Source: Felis catus
Taxonomy: Eukaryota
DNA length: 64,000 bases
Direction: 5' to 3'
Assembly: GCF_018350175.1 (NCBI RefSeq)
Contig: NC_058382.1
Coordinates: forward strand, 3,844,001-3,908,000
Part shown: positions 38,565 to 50,559 of the stretch, one piece after another
How positions within the stretch are numbered: the stretch's first letter is position 1
How the letters are laid out: every line of letters begins with the position of its first letter
Position numbers and translations under genes: made by a program
Notes under the pieces: generated by a model
Databases searched by the model: none
What the model saw: only the letters and a program-made list of their open reading frames with translations
Told to the model about the DNA's origin: nothing

Positions 38565-39760
38565 GGGGGGCACCTGGGTGGCTCAGTCGGTTAAGCCTCT
38601 GACTTCGGCTCAAGTCATGATATCAGGGTTCACTGGTTCGAGCCCTGCATCAGGCTCTGTGCTGACAGCTCAGAACCTAGAGCCTGCTTCAGATTCTGTG
38701 TCTCCCTCTCTCTCTGCCCCTGCCCAGCTCACACTCTGTTTCTGCCTCTAAAAAATGAATAAAAAAAACATTTAAAAAATTAAAAAAAGATTTTGGGGCA
38801 CCTGGGGGGCGCAGTTGGTTAAGTGTCCGACTTTGGCTCAGGTCATGATCTCAAGGTTTGTGGGCTGGCACCCCGCATAGGACTCTGCGCTGACAGTTCA
38901 GAGCCTGGAGTCCCTCTCTCTCTCTGCCCCTACCCCCTTCGTGCTCTCTCTCTCTCTCAAAAAGAAATAAACATTAAAAAAATTTAATTCTTGGGGCGCC
39001 TGGGTGGCTCAGTCTTGGTTAAGCCTCTGACTTCGGCTCAGGTCATGATCTCATGGTTTACGGGTTTGAGCCCCACGTCGGGCTCTGTGCTGACAGCTCA
39101 GAGCCTGGAGCCTGCTTCTGATTCTGTGTCTCCCTCTCTCTCTGCCCCTTCCCCACTCGCACTCTGTCTCTCCCTCCTTCAAAAATAAATAAACATCAAA
39201 AAAATTTTTTTTAATTTAATTCTTCTGGGGCGCCTGGGTGGCTCAGTTGGTTGGGTGTCTGACTCTTGGTTTCAGCTCAGGTTATCATCTTACAGTTCGT
39301 GGGTTCAGTCCCTGCATCAGGCTCTGTGCTGGCAATGCAGAGCCTGCTTGGGATTCTCTCTCTCCCTCTCTCTCTCTATCCTTCCCCTGCTCGCCCTCTC
39401 TGTCTCTCTCAAAATAAATGAATGAAGTTAAAAAATGTTTTTAAAAATAATTCTTCTTTAAAGATTTTATTTTTTGGGGTGCTTGGGTGGCTCAGTCAGT
39501 TAAGTGTCCGACTTCGGCTCGGGTCATGATCTCACGATCAGTGAGTTCAAGCCCCGTGTCGGGCTCTGTGCTGACGGCTCGGAGCCTGGAGCTGCTTTGG
39601 ATTCTGTGTCTCCCTCTCCCTCTCTGCCCCTCTCCCACTCATGCTCTGTCTCTCTCAAAAATAAATAAACATTAAAAAAAAAGATTTTATTTTTTAAGTA
39701 ACCTCTACACCCAACGTGCCGCCCAAACTCACTCCACCGACTGAGCCAGCCCAGTGCCCC
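38565..39760 (+). mobile_element. Head-to-tail chain of five CAN-SINEs (chain A) inserted in the T-tail of an antisense SINE
   Basis: Heads at about 38565, 38795, 38993, 39227 and 39476. Antisense short SINE remnant at about 39672-39760. Confidence 0.9.
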
Positions 39761-40963
39761 AACTTATGCATTTACTTATCCAACAGGCCTGAAGAGTCCT
39801 TCTTCCTAAAGTGGGGAGAGGGGGAGGGGAAGGTGGAAAATGTAATAACAACAGAGAGGGATGTGTGCCTCACTGAAATCAGGCATAAAGCAGGAAAGGC
39901 ACATATGAGTGCTGAGTGGTGAGAAGGGCTTGGAGACGGAAAGTGTGCGTGGGAGGACGAGAAAGGCATCCAGGGGAGCCAGGTGAAAATAGAAGATTAT
40001 TGATGGCTAACGTTATTCATAGAATATTACTGAGTGAGCAGTCGTGAGAGTACTAACTGCATTCTCTACCAGTGACGGTGCCTCTGCACCGGTCGGTCCG
40101 CCGGGCAACCCCCATCATCACCACCAGCCCCCTACGGCCTGTGTGTGTGTCTGGTCTGGGACTTCAGAGGGCCCTTGCCGTCAGGCTGTGGGGTTTGTTC
40201 CCCGTGGTTGTGCCGCAGGACCAGGACAGCAACAGTGACGACAGCCATCCCTTCCAGTCTGTGGAGTCAAGTCTTCTTTGGTCTCCTGGGTCACTTCCAC
40301 TTCTGAATGAGGAAGAGGAAGGGGAACGTGATCACATTTAACAACTGCAAAGCAATTTACCGTCCCTGAGGCGGTGGTTCCTGGTATTCGTCACCCACAA
40401 TTGCTCAGCACTTACAAGGTGTTCCTAAGGAGGCCGTGACAGATCTGCTCCCCTCCTTCCTCCCTAGTTCCTCTGGCCGGGTCCACCACTCTCAGCCTTC
40501 TGGCCTCAGAGTAGATGCCATTTCAACTGCCAACTTTTGCCCGGCCCACGTGTGTTCCGTAGTGCCCTGTCGTCCCTGAATTGAGTACTTGGACCGTGTT
40601 CTGATTCTCTCTCTCCCAGACTAGACCACAAGATCCTCCCAGGAGTGGCCGGCCAGGTCGTTTCATCACTATGTCTCCAGCGCCTGGGAGGGGTCTTAGG
40701 AAGCACGCACGGTGTGGCTGGGTGAGCTCAGCACGCTGAAGATTATCTAAGCGGGCTCTGTACTTTTGCCCTTGGGCAGTGAGCAGAATGACGGGCCCCC
40801 CAGCACATGATGTCCAAATTCCTGTAGCCTGTGAAAATGTTACACATGGCGAAAGGGACTTCCCGGGTGTGATTACGTTAAGGGTCACGAGGGGAGGTTA
40901 TCCTGGACTATTCAGGTGGGTTCCATGCAGTCACGGGGGTCCTTATTAAAAGAGGGAGATAGA

Positions 40964-42100
40964 GGGGTGCCTGGGTGGTTAAGCGGCTGACTTCGGCTCA
41001 GGTCATGATCTCACAGCTCGTGGGTTCGAGCCCCGCGTCGGGCTCTGTGCTGAGAGTTCAGAGCCTGGAATCTGTTTTGGATTCTGGGTCTCCCTCTCTC
41101 TCTGCCCCTCCCTCACTCATGCTCTCTCTCTCTCCTTCAAAAATAAATAAACATTAAAAAAATTTTTTTTAATTTAATTATTTGGGGCGCCTGGGTGGCT
41201 CAGTCAGTTAAGCATCTGACTTCGGCTCAGGTCATGATCTCATGATCAGTGAGTTCGAGTGCCGTGTCGGGCTCTGTGCTGACAGCTCAGAGCCTGGAGC
41301 TGCTTCAGATTCTGTGTCTCCCTCTCTCTCTCTGCCCCTTCCCTGCTCACGCTCTGTCTCTCTCTCTCAAAAATAAATAAACATCAAAAAAAATTTTTTT
41401 TAATTTAATTCTTCTGGGGCACTTGGGTGGCTCACTTGGTTGGATGTCCAACTCTTGGTTTCAGCTGAGGTCATCATCTTGGAGTTCGTGGGTTCAGGTC
41501 CTGCATCAGGCTCTGTGCTGGCAGTACAGAGCCTGCTTGAGATTCTCTCTCTCCCTCTCTCTCTACCCCTCCCCTGCTTGCTCTTTCTGTCTCTCTCAAA
41601 ATAAATGAATAAATGAATAGTTAAAAAAATAAAAATAAAGAAAGAATTCTTCCTTAAAGATTTTATTTTTGGGGGCGCTTGGGTGGCCCAGTTGGTTAAG
41701 CGGCTGACTTCAGCTCAGGTCATGATCTCATGGTTCGTGAGTTCAAGCCCTGTGTCAGGATCTGGGCTGACAGCTCGGAGCCTGGAGCTGCTTTGGATTC
41801 TGTGTCTCCCTCTCTGCCTGTCCCCTGCTCGTGCTCTCTCTCTCTCAAAAAATAAACATTAAAAAAAATTTTCTTGGGGCGCCTGGGTGGCTCAGTCGGT
41901 TAAGCGTCCAACTTCAGCTCAGGTCATGATCTCACGGTCCGTGAGTTCAAGCCCCGCATCGGGCTCTGTGCTGACCGCTCAGAGCCTGGAGCCTGTTTAG
42001 GATTCTGTGTCTCCCTCTCTCTCTGACCCTCCCCTGTTCATGCTCTGTCTCTCTCTGTCTCAAAAATAAATAAATGTTAAAAAGAAATTAAAAAAAATTT
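40964..42100 (+). mobile_element. Head-to-tail chain of five CAN-SINEs (chain B) interrupting an MLT1 LTR (about 40800-40963 and 42110-42380)
   Basis: Heads at 40964, 41184, 41416, 41671 and 41876, with MLT1 motifs on both sides. Confidence 0.9.
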
Positions 42101-44019
42101 CTTTCAAAAAGAAGAGAGAGGCAGCAAGGTCAGAGTCAGAGAAGGGAACCTAGAGACAGAAGCAGAGGTCAGCATGAGGCAGGGTCATGAGGCCAGGAAT
42201 GCAGGCTCCTCTAGAAGCTGGAAAAGCAGGGACCTGGGTCTCCCCACAGCCTCCAGAAGGAAGGCAGCCTCTCCACCCATTTTGGACCTCTGACTTCCAG
42301 AACAGAAAGATAAAAATTTTATGTCATTTCAGGCCACGAGTTGGTGACAATCTGTTACAATAGCAAAAGCAAAGCTAATACTATTAGCTTCAGCGGAAAC
42401 CTCTTTTCCTTTTCTCGCAAACCTGGGCCTGTTCATCCTTAGGACGTGCATTTTCGGCCCCGAGCCCTGCTTCCCCCCCCCCCTCCAGTTCCCATTCACC
42501 CACTTGGGACACATCTGTCCAATGTCCACCTCGCGTGGGGCACTGTGCTGGTGCTTGGGGACACAGCACACACACCCTGCTGCCATGAAGCTCACCCAGG
42601 AAAGCACGGGCCAAATTGGTACTCGCCGTACTGATCAGGGAGCACTTTCAGCTGCTGTAACCAAGAGACCCCCCCCCACCCCCCGCCAAAGAAAAAGAAA
42701 ACCATGTAATTTGATTTCTCCCTCACTTAACAATATATAGAAGAAACAGTCTAGGGCTGTTTATCAACAGCTTTGTTTCTGTCAGTATGTAGCTTTCCTA
42801 GGTGGTTCTGAGCCAGCACGAAAGGAGGACCAAAGAGAGACAAAGAGAGACAGAGAGGGAGGGAGGGAGGTATCGCACACAATCATTTTTTAAAAATGGG
42901 AGGGGGTTTCTATTACTTAAAGGAAGACAGGAAAAGTGGATGCCGGGAAACCATTTGCCTCTCCATCAGTACAACCAGAGCAAAAACCAAGAGGGAGTTT
43001 TGAAAGCCTCTAATAGGATTTGATCCAATCAATGGAGATCTCTGATGGCTTTGCTGAAGAAGTGAGGTGAGATCTGAAAGTTGGGCAGACCTTAACTAGA
43101 CAAAGAGGGGCTGGAAGGGTGTTCTAAGCAGAGGGAACAGCCTGTGCAAAGGCTCCCTGCGGAGGAAGCTAGGGGGTTGCGGCTGGGAGACCGAAAGTCG
43201 TGTGCTGTTGCCACCTTGTGGTCACATCATGTGCCTTGATGGGTAAGGAAATCCCTGAACTCACCGGTGGCGTGGCACAGGACAATTCTGGCTGGACGAG
43301 TGTCACTTCCAAGCTGGAGCATTTAACTGTAAGAACTCCCTCCTCCCCACTGTGAGTTCCCTCTTGTCTCAGACACAGTGACCAGCAGCGTTTGAGATGG
43401 TGGCTGGTCCACTGGCCTGGCTGCCTGAGTGCCAAGGATGAGCCGGGCCACCCTGCAGGCTTTTTCTACACCTGTCTCCTGCCTCAGCTGGCTCCCAGGC
43501 CCTCCTCCTGGGAGCCCATCCGTGTGACCATCTTCTCGCACACCTGTCTCGGTCTACTCAGGCTCTTGTCAAATGCCACACGCTGGGTGGTTTGAACAAC
43601 AGAAACTTATTTCTAGCAATCCTGGAGGCTGGGAAGTCCAAGATCAGAGTGCCAGCATGGTTCCGGTGAAAGCCCTCTTCCTGGCTTACGGGTGCCCTCT
43701 TGTATCCTCACATGGCAGGGGGAGAGGGAGAGAGGGAAGNNNNNNNNNNNNNNNNNNNNNNNNNNNNNNNNNNNNNNNNNNNNNNNNNNNNNNNNNNNNN
43801 NNNNNNNNNNNNNNNNNNNNNNNNNNNNNNNNNNNNNNNNNNNNNNNNNNNNNNNNNNNNNNNNNNNNNNNNNNNNNNNNNNNNNNNNNNNNNNNNNNNN
43901 NNNNNNNNNNNNNNNNNNNNNNNNNNNNNNNNNNNNNNNNNNNGGAGAGAGGGAGAGCAGGGGGAGAGGGAGAGAGGAGAGAAGGAGAGACCTGATGTTT
44001 TCTCATGTCTCCTTTTCTT

Positions 44020-44062
44020 TTAATGATTTTTAAACAATTTTTTAAATGTTTTTATTTTTATT

Positions 44063-44106
<44 letters not shown>

Positions 44107-46184
44107 CATAAGCGGGGCAGGGGCAGGAGTGAGGGAGACAAAAGCAGGTTCCAGGCTCTGAGCTGTCAGCACAGAGCCCGACGCAGGGCTGGAACCCACA
44201 AACAGTGAGATCATGACCTGAGCTGAAGTCGATGCTCAACCAACGGAGCCACGTGGGTGCCCCTAATGTCTTTCTTTTTAAGTTTATTTTTGAGAGAGAC
44301 AGACTGTACTCTTTGTACAGAGACAGAGTACAAGCGGGGGAGGGGGAGGTAGAGAGGGAGACACAGAATCTGAAGCTGGCTCCAGGTTCCAAGCTGTCAG
44401 CACAGAGCCCAACGCGGGGCTCGAACTCACAGACTGTGATATCATGACCTGAGCCAAAGTCGGACGCTTAACCGACTGAGCCACCCAGGCACCCCAATTC
44501 CAGCCAATTTAGAACATGCATAGAAGCAAAAGGAAAAAAAAAATATTGAGCACAATTCCACCACTTGGAGGATTTACCCTTCTAGATTTCTCCATGCACA
44601 CGTCAGCTCCTGCCCATTGCCTGGGTCCACTGCCTGGGTTGTCTCTCTGTCTGCACCTCAGCCAGGGTCCCCGAGCTCTTCTTAAGAGCCCCTTCCCACT
44701 CAAGATCTAATGAGTAGAAGATTTCACAAGAGATTTCACCGAGGAGGGAGTTCAATCATGTCCCCACAGCAAACAGTTTTCAAACCCACCACAGAACTTT
44801 CTCTTCTTCAAATTCCTTGTTCGCCATGCTGCCTGCCAGTGAGGGTTCTTTTCTCTTACCTCCTCTCTGTAGGGCCTGTTGTCTCGTTCTCCCAGATCCT
44901 CATCCATCCCTGATGCCTTGTGACTTCTTCCCTCTCAGGGAAGTTGTGCACATCTCTTCTGCTTACATCCTATGACCAGAAGGACCTACGGTTCCCCAAT
45001 GGAGAGAAATGGGTCTCTTATTCTGGACTGCTGGGGGCCCAGCTCTTTTCAGCCACTTGGCAAAAGGGGACAAAGGCTAGCAATTTCTCCCATGCTTTGC
45101 ATATTCATGGACGTGCCTTAGCAGTGGATGATTGCTGTGCTGGGCATGAAGCCTGTGGGAAGTGGCTTGAGAGTGTGTTGCAATAGTCCTTTCCTAACAG
45201 AGACCAGAAGACACAACGTGTGGGTAGGTAGAACAGAGGTTTGAAAAACTGGGAGCAAAGCTGTTCCTGCCTGTCCTGGAGTCAAGAGAACGTTTTGGCT
45301 CACCACCAACAGCAAAACTCAAGGAATATCCTTGGAGGAGGCTTGGGGGCGCCGCCATGATGCCCCAGCTCCCGACCTGGCTCCGCACCGGTAAGCCCTG
45401 CGGGGGCAGATGGGCTGTGGCGGCAGCTGGAGTTGGTGGGACCTTCGGGGGCAGTAGTGGGGCGGGGGTGAATAAGCACAGACTAGAACCTTCCATTCCC
45501 TGAATACATGTTAGGTACAAGGACGCTTTACACACATTTTCCTGTTTCCCCAAACTCAGTCATCCCTGAACTGCCCAATGAATGACATTGTGCCCTATGT
45601 CTGTGACAGGTCCCGGGTTTTCACGTTAGTATTTTTATGCTCAACTCTATTTTATTATTTAAAAAAGTTTAAAAAATATTTTATATATTTTTGAGAGAGA
45701 GAGAGAGAGACAGAATTCGAGTGGGAGAGGGTCAGAGAGACAGGGAGACACAGGATCTGAAACAGGCTCCAGGCTCTGAGCTGTTAGCACAGAGCCCGAT
45801 GTGGGGCTCGAACCCATGAACTGTGAGATCATGACCTGAGTTGAAGTCGGACACTTAACCAACTAAGCCCCCAGGCACCCCTATTTTATTATTTATTTAT
45901 TTATTTATTTAAAAATTTTTTTTCAACGTTTTTATTTATTTTTGGGACAGAGAGAGACAGAGCGTGAACGGGGGAGGGGCAGAGAGAGAGGGAGACACAG
46001 AATCAGAAACAGGCTCCAGGCTCTGAGCCATCAGCCCAGAGCCTGATGTGGGGCTCGAACTCACGGACCGCGAGATCGTGACCTGGCTGAAGTCGGACGC
46101 TTAACCGACTGCGCCACCCAGGCGCCCCCCTATTTTATTATTTAAAAAAATTTTAAGTTTATTTGAGAGAGCAAGTGGGGGAGG

Positions 46185-46229
<45 letters not shown>

Positions 46230-46360
46230 CAAGTGTCCAAGCAGGCTCTGCACTGTCAGCTCAGAGCCTGGCGCACGGCTCAAACTCATGAACCCTGAGA
46301 TCACGACCTGAGCCTGAACCAACAGTTGGACGCTTAACCGACTGAGCCCCCCTGGCTCAA
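44020..46360 (-). mobile_element. Five minus-strand CAN-SINEs (about 44030-44262, 44280-44495, 45655-45885, 45905-46128, 46140-46350) around TARM1 exon 1
   Basis: Reverse SINE bodies with GA-rich tracts and cccaggc(a/g)cccc heads. Confidence 0.85.
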
Positions 46361-49300
46361 CTGTACTCAACTCCATTTTAAAAGATCTGTAAAACTCATG
46401 TATTAGTGGGAAAATCCGTGCCCCTCATCAAAAGCAGACCCGAACCGGCCCCAGTTTTCCCCGGTCTTGTTTCTGAGAGGTAGCAGCGAAGCCGGAAGCT
46501 ACGTTCAGCCGAGCACCCGGCTGTGGTATCTTCCAGGGGCTTGGTGGAGAACGAGCCAGGAACCGAGAAGAGAGAGACTTTCTCACACAGGCTCAGTGAT
46601 ACCCTCCTGTCATCATACGACCGGGAGTCACCTTCCATCTCTTAGAGAGCTTCTCCAAAATAGTCCTCTTCCCCATACTGCATTCGAGGAATCGGAAAAT
46701 CAGCCCTGAAGTCCATGCCAAGGCCACTCAGCTACTAAGCGGAAAAGCTGAGCTCCAATTCTGGTCTGCGCAGGGCCAAAGACCGTAATTCTCCATGGAG
46801 CCACACGAGGGAACTGAAAGGGTCCGGCGTGGGGGGGGGGGGCGGGGGGGCTCTGGGGTGGAAACATCTGGAGGCTGAACAAAGGGAATCATGGTCAGCA
46901 CGACCACAAGAAGGTAAGTGAACAGTGAATCCCTCTTAGGAAACGTCCGGCAACCTTTTCAGAAGGGCTCTGTGGCCACAGGGTGTTGGTCCCACTCAAC
47001 CGTTCAGAATGGCTCTCATCTTGCGACAAGTGTTGACGAGGATGTGGTGCAAAGGGAGCCCACGTGCTCTGTTGGCAGGAATGCACACTGGTGCAGCCAC
47101 TGTGCGGAAAACAGTTTGGGGGCTGGTTCCTCAGAAAGTTAAAAACAGAACCACCCGGCGATCATTCACCCCACTTCGGGGCTGTGTGTCAGAAGGAAAT
47201 GAAAACAGGACATTGAAGGGCTATCGGTGCCCCCACGTTCATTGCAGCGTTATTCACAAGGCATGGAAGTGACCTAAGTGTCCATCCACCGACAAACAAT
47301 GGAATAAGATGCAGCATGTTACATACAAGGGGATGTTATTCGGCCGTGAGAAAGAAAGAAATCCCACCATCTGAGACAACACGGAGGGGCCGTGAGGGCA
47401 TCGTGCTCAGTGAAACCAGTCAGAGGGAGAAAGACACTGGACTACTTGTATGACCTCACTTGTATGTGGCACCTAAACATGTTGACTTGTTGAAACACGA
47501 TGGTGGGATGGTGCTTGCCAGGAGCTGGGGGTGGTGGGGAGAGGGAGATATGGATCCAATGGTCCATGCTTGCAGTTCAAGGACGAGTGAGTTCTGAGGC
47601 TCTAACGTACAGCATTGTGACCACAGATGGCAATACGGTATTACGTGCTTAAAAAAAAGTCTCAAGATAGTGCCCAACGTCCCTGGTGTGTGTGTGTGTG
47701 GGGGGGTGCAGAACCACTGTTATACACTAATCAAACTAGAACACCTATAAGAATGTGCAGGAACATATTTCTTGGGGTCAGTTTGGTCTAGATCTGAAAG
47801 TAAGGCCCCCAGAGGGGAAAGGTGGGGGATATACACTTCATCTTTCCAAGTAATACCAATCTTAGATTTCTGAGATTTACTCTGGGGCACCAAGGAAATG
47901 ACTCATGGCCAACCGTAATGTCCGAGATGCATTTCGGTCATACCTTGAGGGCAGACAGAAGTATCTCAGCACAAAGGACTGTGCTCTCAGTGTCTAGATG
48001 TCCCCTATCATAGGGCAGGGATCTCCCCACCTCACTCCATGTCCTGACTCCCGGGAGCTGTGGATACCTTCCTTTACATGGCAGAGGAGATACACACAGG
48101 GTGGCAGGTGGAATTAAACTTATCAGTTGACCTTGAAGTAGGGAGCTTCTTCTGGATTACCTGGGTGGCCACAGTGTAACTGCAGGGTCCTTAAAATAGC
48201 AAAGCAGGCAGAAGAGGGTGCCAGTGCACCAACCATTGATAGTTTTAAAGTCAGAGGGAGGGGCGCCTGGGTGGCTCAGTTGGTTAAGCGTCCGACTTCA
48301 GCTCAGGTCACAATCTCGCGGTCCGCGAGTTCGAGCCCCGCGTCGGGCTCTGGGCTGATGGCTCAGAGCCTGGATCCTGCTTCCGATTCTGTGTTTCCCT
48401 CTCTCTCTGCCCCTCCCCCATTCATGCTGTGTCTCTCTCTGTTTCAAAAATAAATAAATGTTAAAAAAAATTAAAAAAAAAAAGTCAGAGGGAGACGCTG
48501 CCATGATGAGATGCAGGCATCTCTAGAAGTTGGAAAAGGCCAGGGAATGGATTCTTGTCTCGAGCCCCAGAGGGAACGCAGCCCCAAAGAGACCCTGGGT
48601 TTAGCAGTGAGACTGTTTTGGGGCTTTTCTACCCCACAGAACAGCAAGATAATAAATCTGTGTTGTCACAAGCCAAGTTTCTGACAATTTGTTAATGGCA
48701 GCCATAGGAAATTAACACAAGGTGCAAACCAATGCCCACGCCAGATGGGTTCCTGGGCAGCATGCTGGGACTGGCCGTGAGCGGGACCTCCAGGGTCTGG
48801 TCTCAGGGGCAGCCCCCCGGGAGGTCCCCTCAGGATGGGGCTCAGGTTCCACGGACAGACGGTTCTCTTGCAGGGCTGTGCGCTGGCCAAGGAAGCAGGG
48901 GGACTGACGGTGAGTGTTCCTTCAGTTCTTCAGTTCCTCCCTCCCCTTTGCTCCAAATTCCCCACATCCCTTCTCTTTCCTTCAAGGGGTTTCCTGACAG
49001 CAGGCAAGGGCACCAAATCCTGTCCCCAGTCTGCTTCCTTCCAGAGCCCCTTCCCAAGCCCACCCTCAGGGCCTGGCCCAGCTGGGTGGTACCTCCCAGA
49101 AGCAATGTAAGGCTGCAATGCCGAACTCCGACCAAGAATGTCAACTTTGCTCTCAGAAAGGGAAATATTCTTTTGGATTTTTCACGATCACCGGCTTCCA
49201 AGAAGGGCCTGGCTGAATTTCACTTCACTGGCCTAAGAACCAGCCATGCTGGAGACTACACCTGTGAGTGCTACAGACCAGGGGCCCCGGACATAAGATC

Positions 49301-49891
49301 ACCGCCCAGTGAGGTCATCCTGCTGCTGGTGACAGGTGAGGAGCAGGACGGGCCTGGGGGAGGGACCAGAGGAGGGGACAGAGAAGGTGGAGACACACAG
49401 CAACAGAATGACTTGGTCGGCCTCATCCAGGGCTCGTGGGGGGGGGGGGGGAATCTCCTTCCCACAGAGTCGAAAGAGGGTGACACCAGGGGTCTGTGTC
49501 CCACACTCAGCAGGAACCCCCCCGCGGGAGAACAAGGGTGAGTGGGGGACTCCAGGCTTCTCCCCGTGACCTCAGAGCCCCCCTTCTCTTCCAGGAGGTC
49601 TCCCTAAACCTTCCCTGCAAGCCCACCAAAGGGGTGTGGTGACCGCAGGAGACGACGTGACCCTGCAGTGCCAGAGGCCAGACAATATTTTCGGGCCCAT
49701 GAGGTTCGCCCTGCTGAAGGCGGGAGTGGCAGAGCCCATCAGGCTCCGGACCCCAGCCGGCAAGGAGGCGGACTTCTCCCTGCAGACTGTGACAGTCGGT
49801 GACGCCGGGAACTACAGCTGTGTCTACTTCCAGACCGGGACTCCTTTCTGGGCCTCACAGCCTAGCGATCGTCTTGAGATCTGGGTGAGAG
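45357..49891 (+). CDS. TARM1: TARM1-like receptor: two leader exons plus two Ig-domain exons
   Basis: Exons 45357-45390 (34 nt), 48874-48909 (36 nt), 49045-49335 (Ig1 EPLPKPTLRAWPSWVVP..CRTPTKNVNFALRKG..AGDYTCE), 49595-49891 (Ig2 GLPKPSLQAHQRGVVTAG..VTLQCQ..FALLKAG..PAGKEADFSL..GDAGNYSC..PFWAS.PSD.LEI). The frame is open, the sequence is clearly similar to human TARM1 as recalled, and the position next to OSCAR is syntenic. Confidence 0.92.
46990..47660 (+). mobile_element. L1 3'-end fragment in TARM1 intron 1
   Basis: gatgtggtgcaaagggagcccacgtgctctgttggcaggaatgcacactggtgcagccactgtg...gttcattgcagcgttattcacaa...aagtgtccatccac are L1 3'UTR motifs. Confidence 0.8.
48030..48720 (+). mobile_element. 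MLT1-type LTR interrupted by a young CAN-SINE (48261-48480)
   Basis: SINE TSD aaagtcagagggag at 48247-48260 and 48481-48494, with MLT1 motifs on both sides. Confidence 0.8.
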
Positions 49892-50559
49892 GTGAGGTTT
49901 TTACCATTGGGAGGACCCCAGCTGGATTACCTGCCCGCTCAGGTGCTGCCACAGTCTGCCTCCACAAGATTCTGCAGCTTGGAGCAGTCATTTGGGAAGG
50001 ACCGAGGGAGGGCCAGGATTCCGTGGAATAGAGCAGAGGATCTTCGCAGAGGATCTTCTGCTGAGAGAGAGGGAGCACCAATGGTGGAGATCACATAACT
50101 GGAGGCTGGGAGGGGGGCTTCCCACTGTAGGTGACCAACTGTGTTGTGAGGGGGCCAGGCCTGGAGGAGGAGGGATCTGTAATAATTGACCCCTGCCCTC
50201 ACCAGGAAAATAAGATGTAGACACAAAGTCATTGCTGTTCTCCTGGGAAGGGCACAATTCATTTAGACTCAAGTGTGGATGACACCTCCTGGGGTTATAC
50301 AGGAGGAGAGTCTAGCAAGAAGGCAGAGGAGGAGGGAGAGAATAACAAAGGGTCCAGGAACATCTTTCCGAGAAAGATTCAGACTCCAGGAAGATCTCAG
50401 TTTCATTTTAACCGGGACTCTAGCACTCTTGCCTTTAGCTCAACTGAATCGAGTTTTTCTCTTCCTGCTGAGACTTTTCCTTCTTTTTGAAAGGAATGAT
50501 TTTTACAAATTATGGCAAAACTGCATAAGGTAAATTTTGCCATCTTAAGTATTAAAAAA

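Noticed and set aside
40072-40341. 89-aa ORF after a plausible acceptor between OSCAR and TARM1
   Set aside because: No Ig, TM or other recognisable motif and no supporting exon chain. Nearby GAGGAA/CACTTCC motifs are too common to call.
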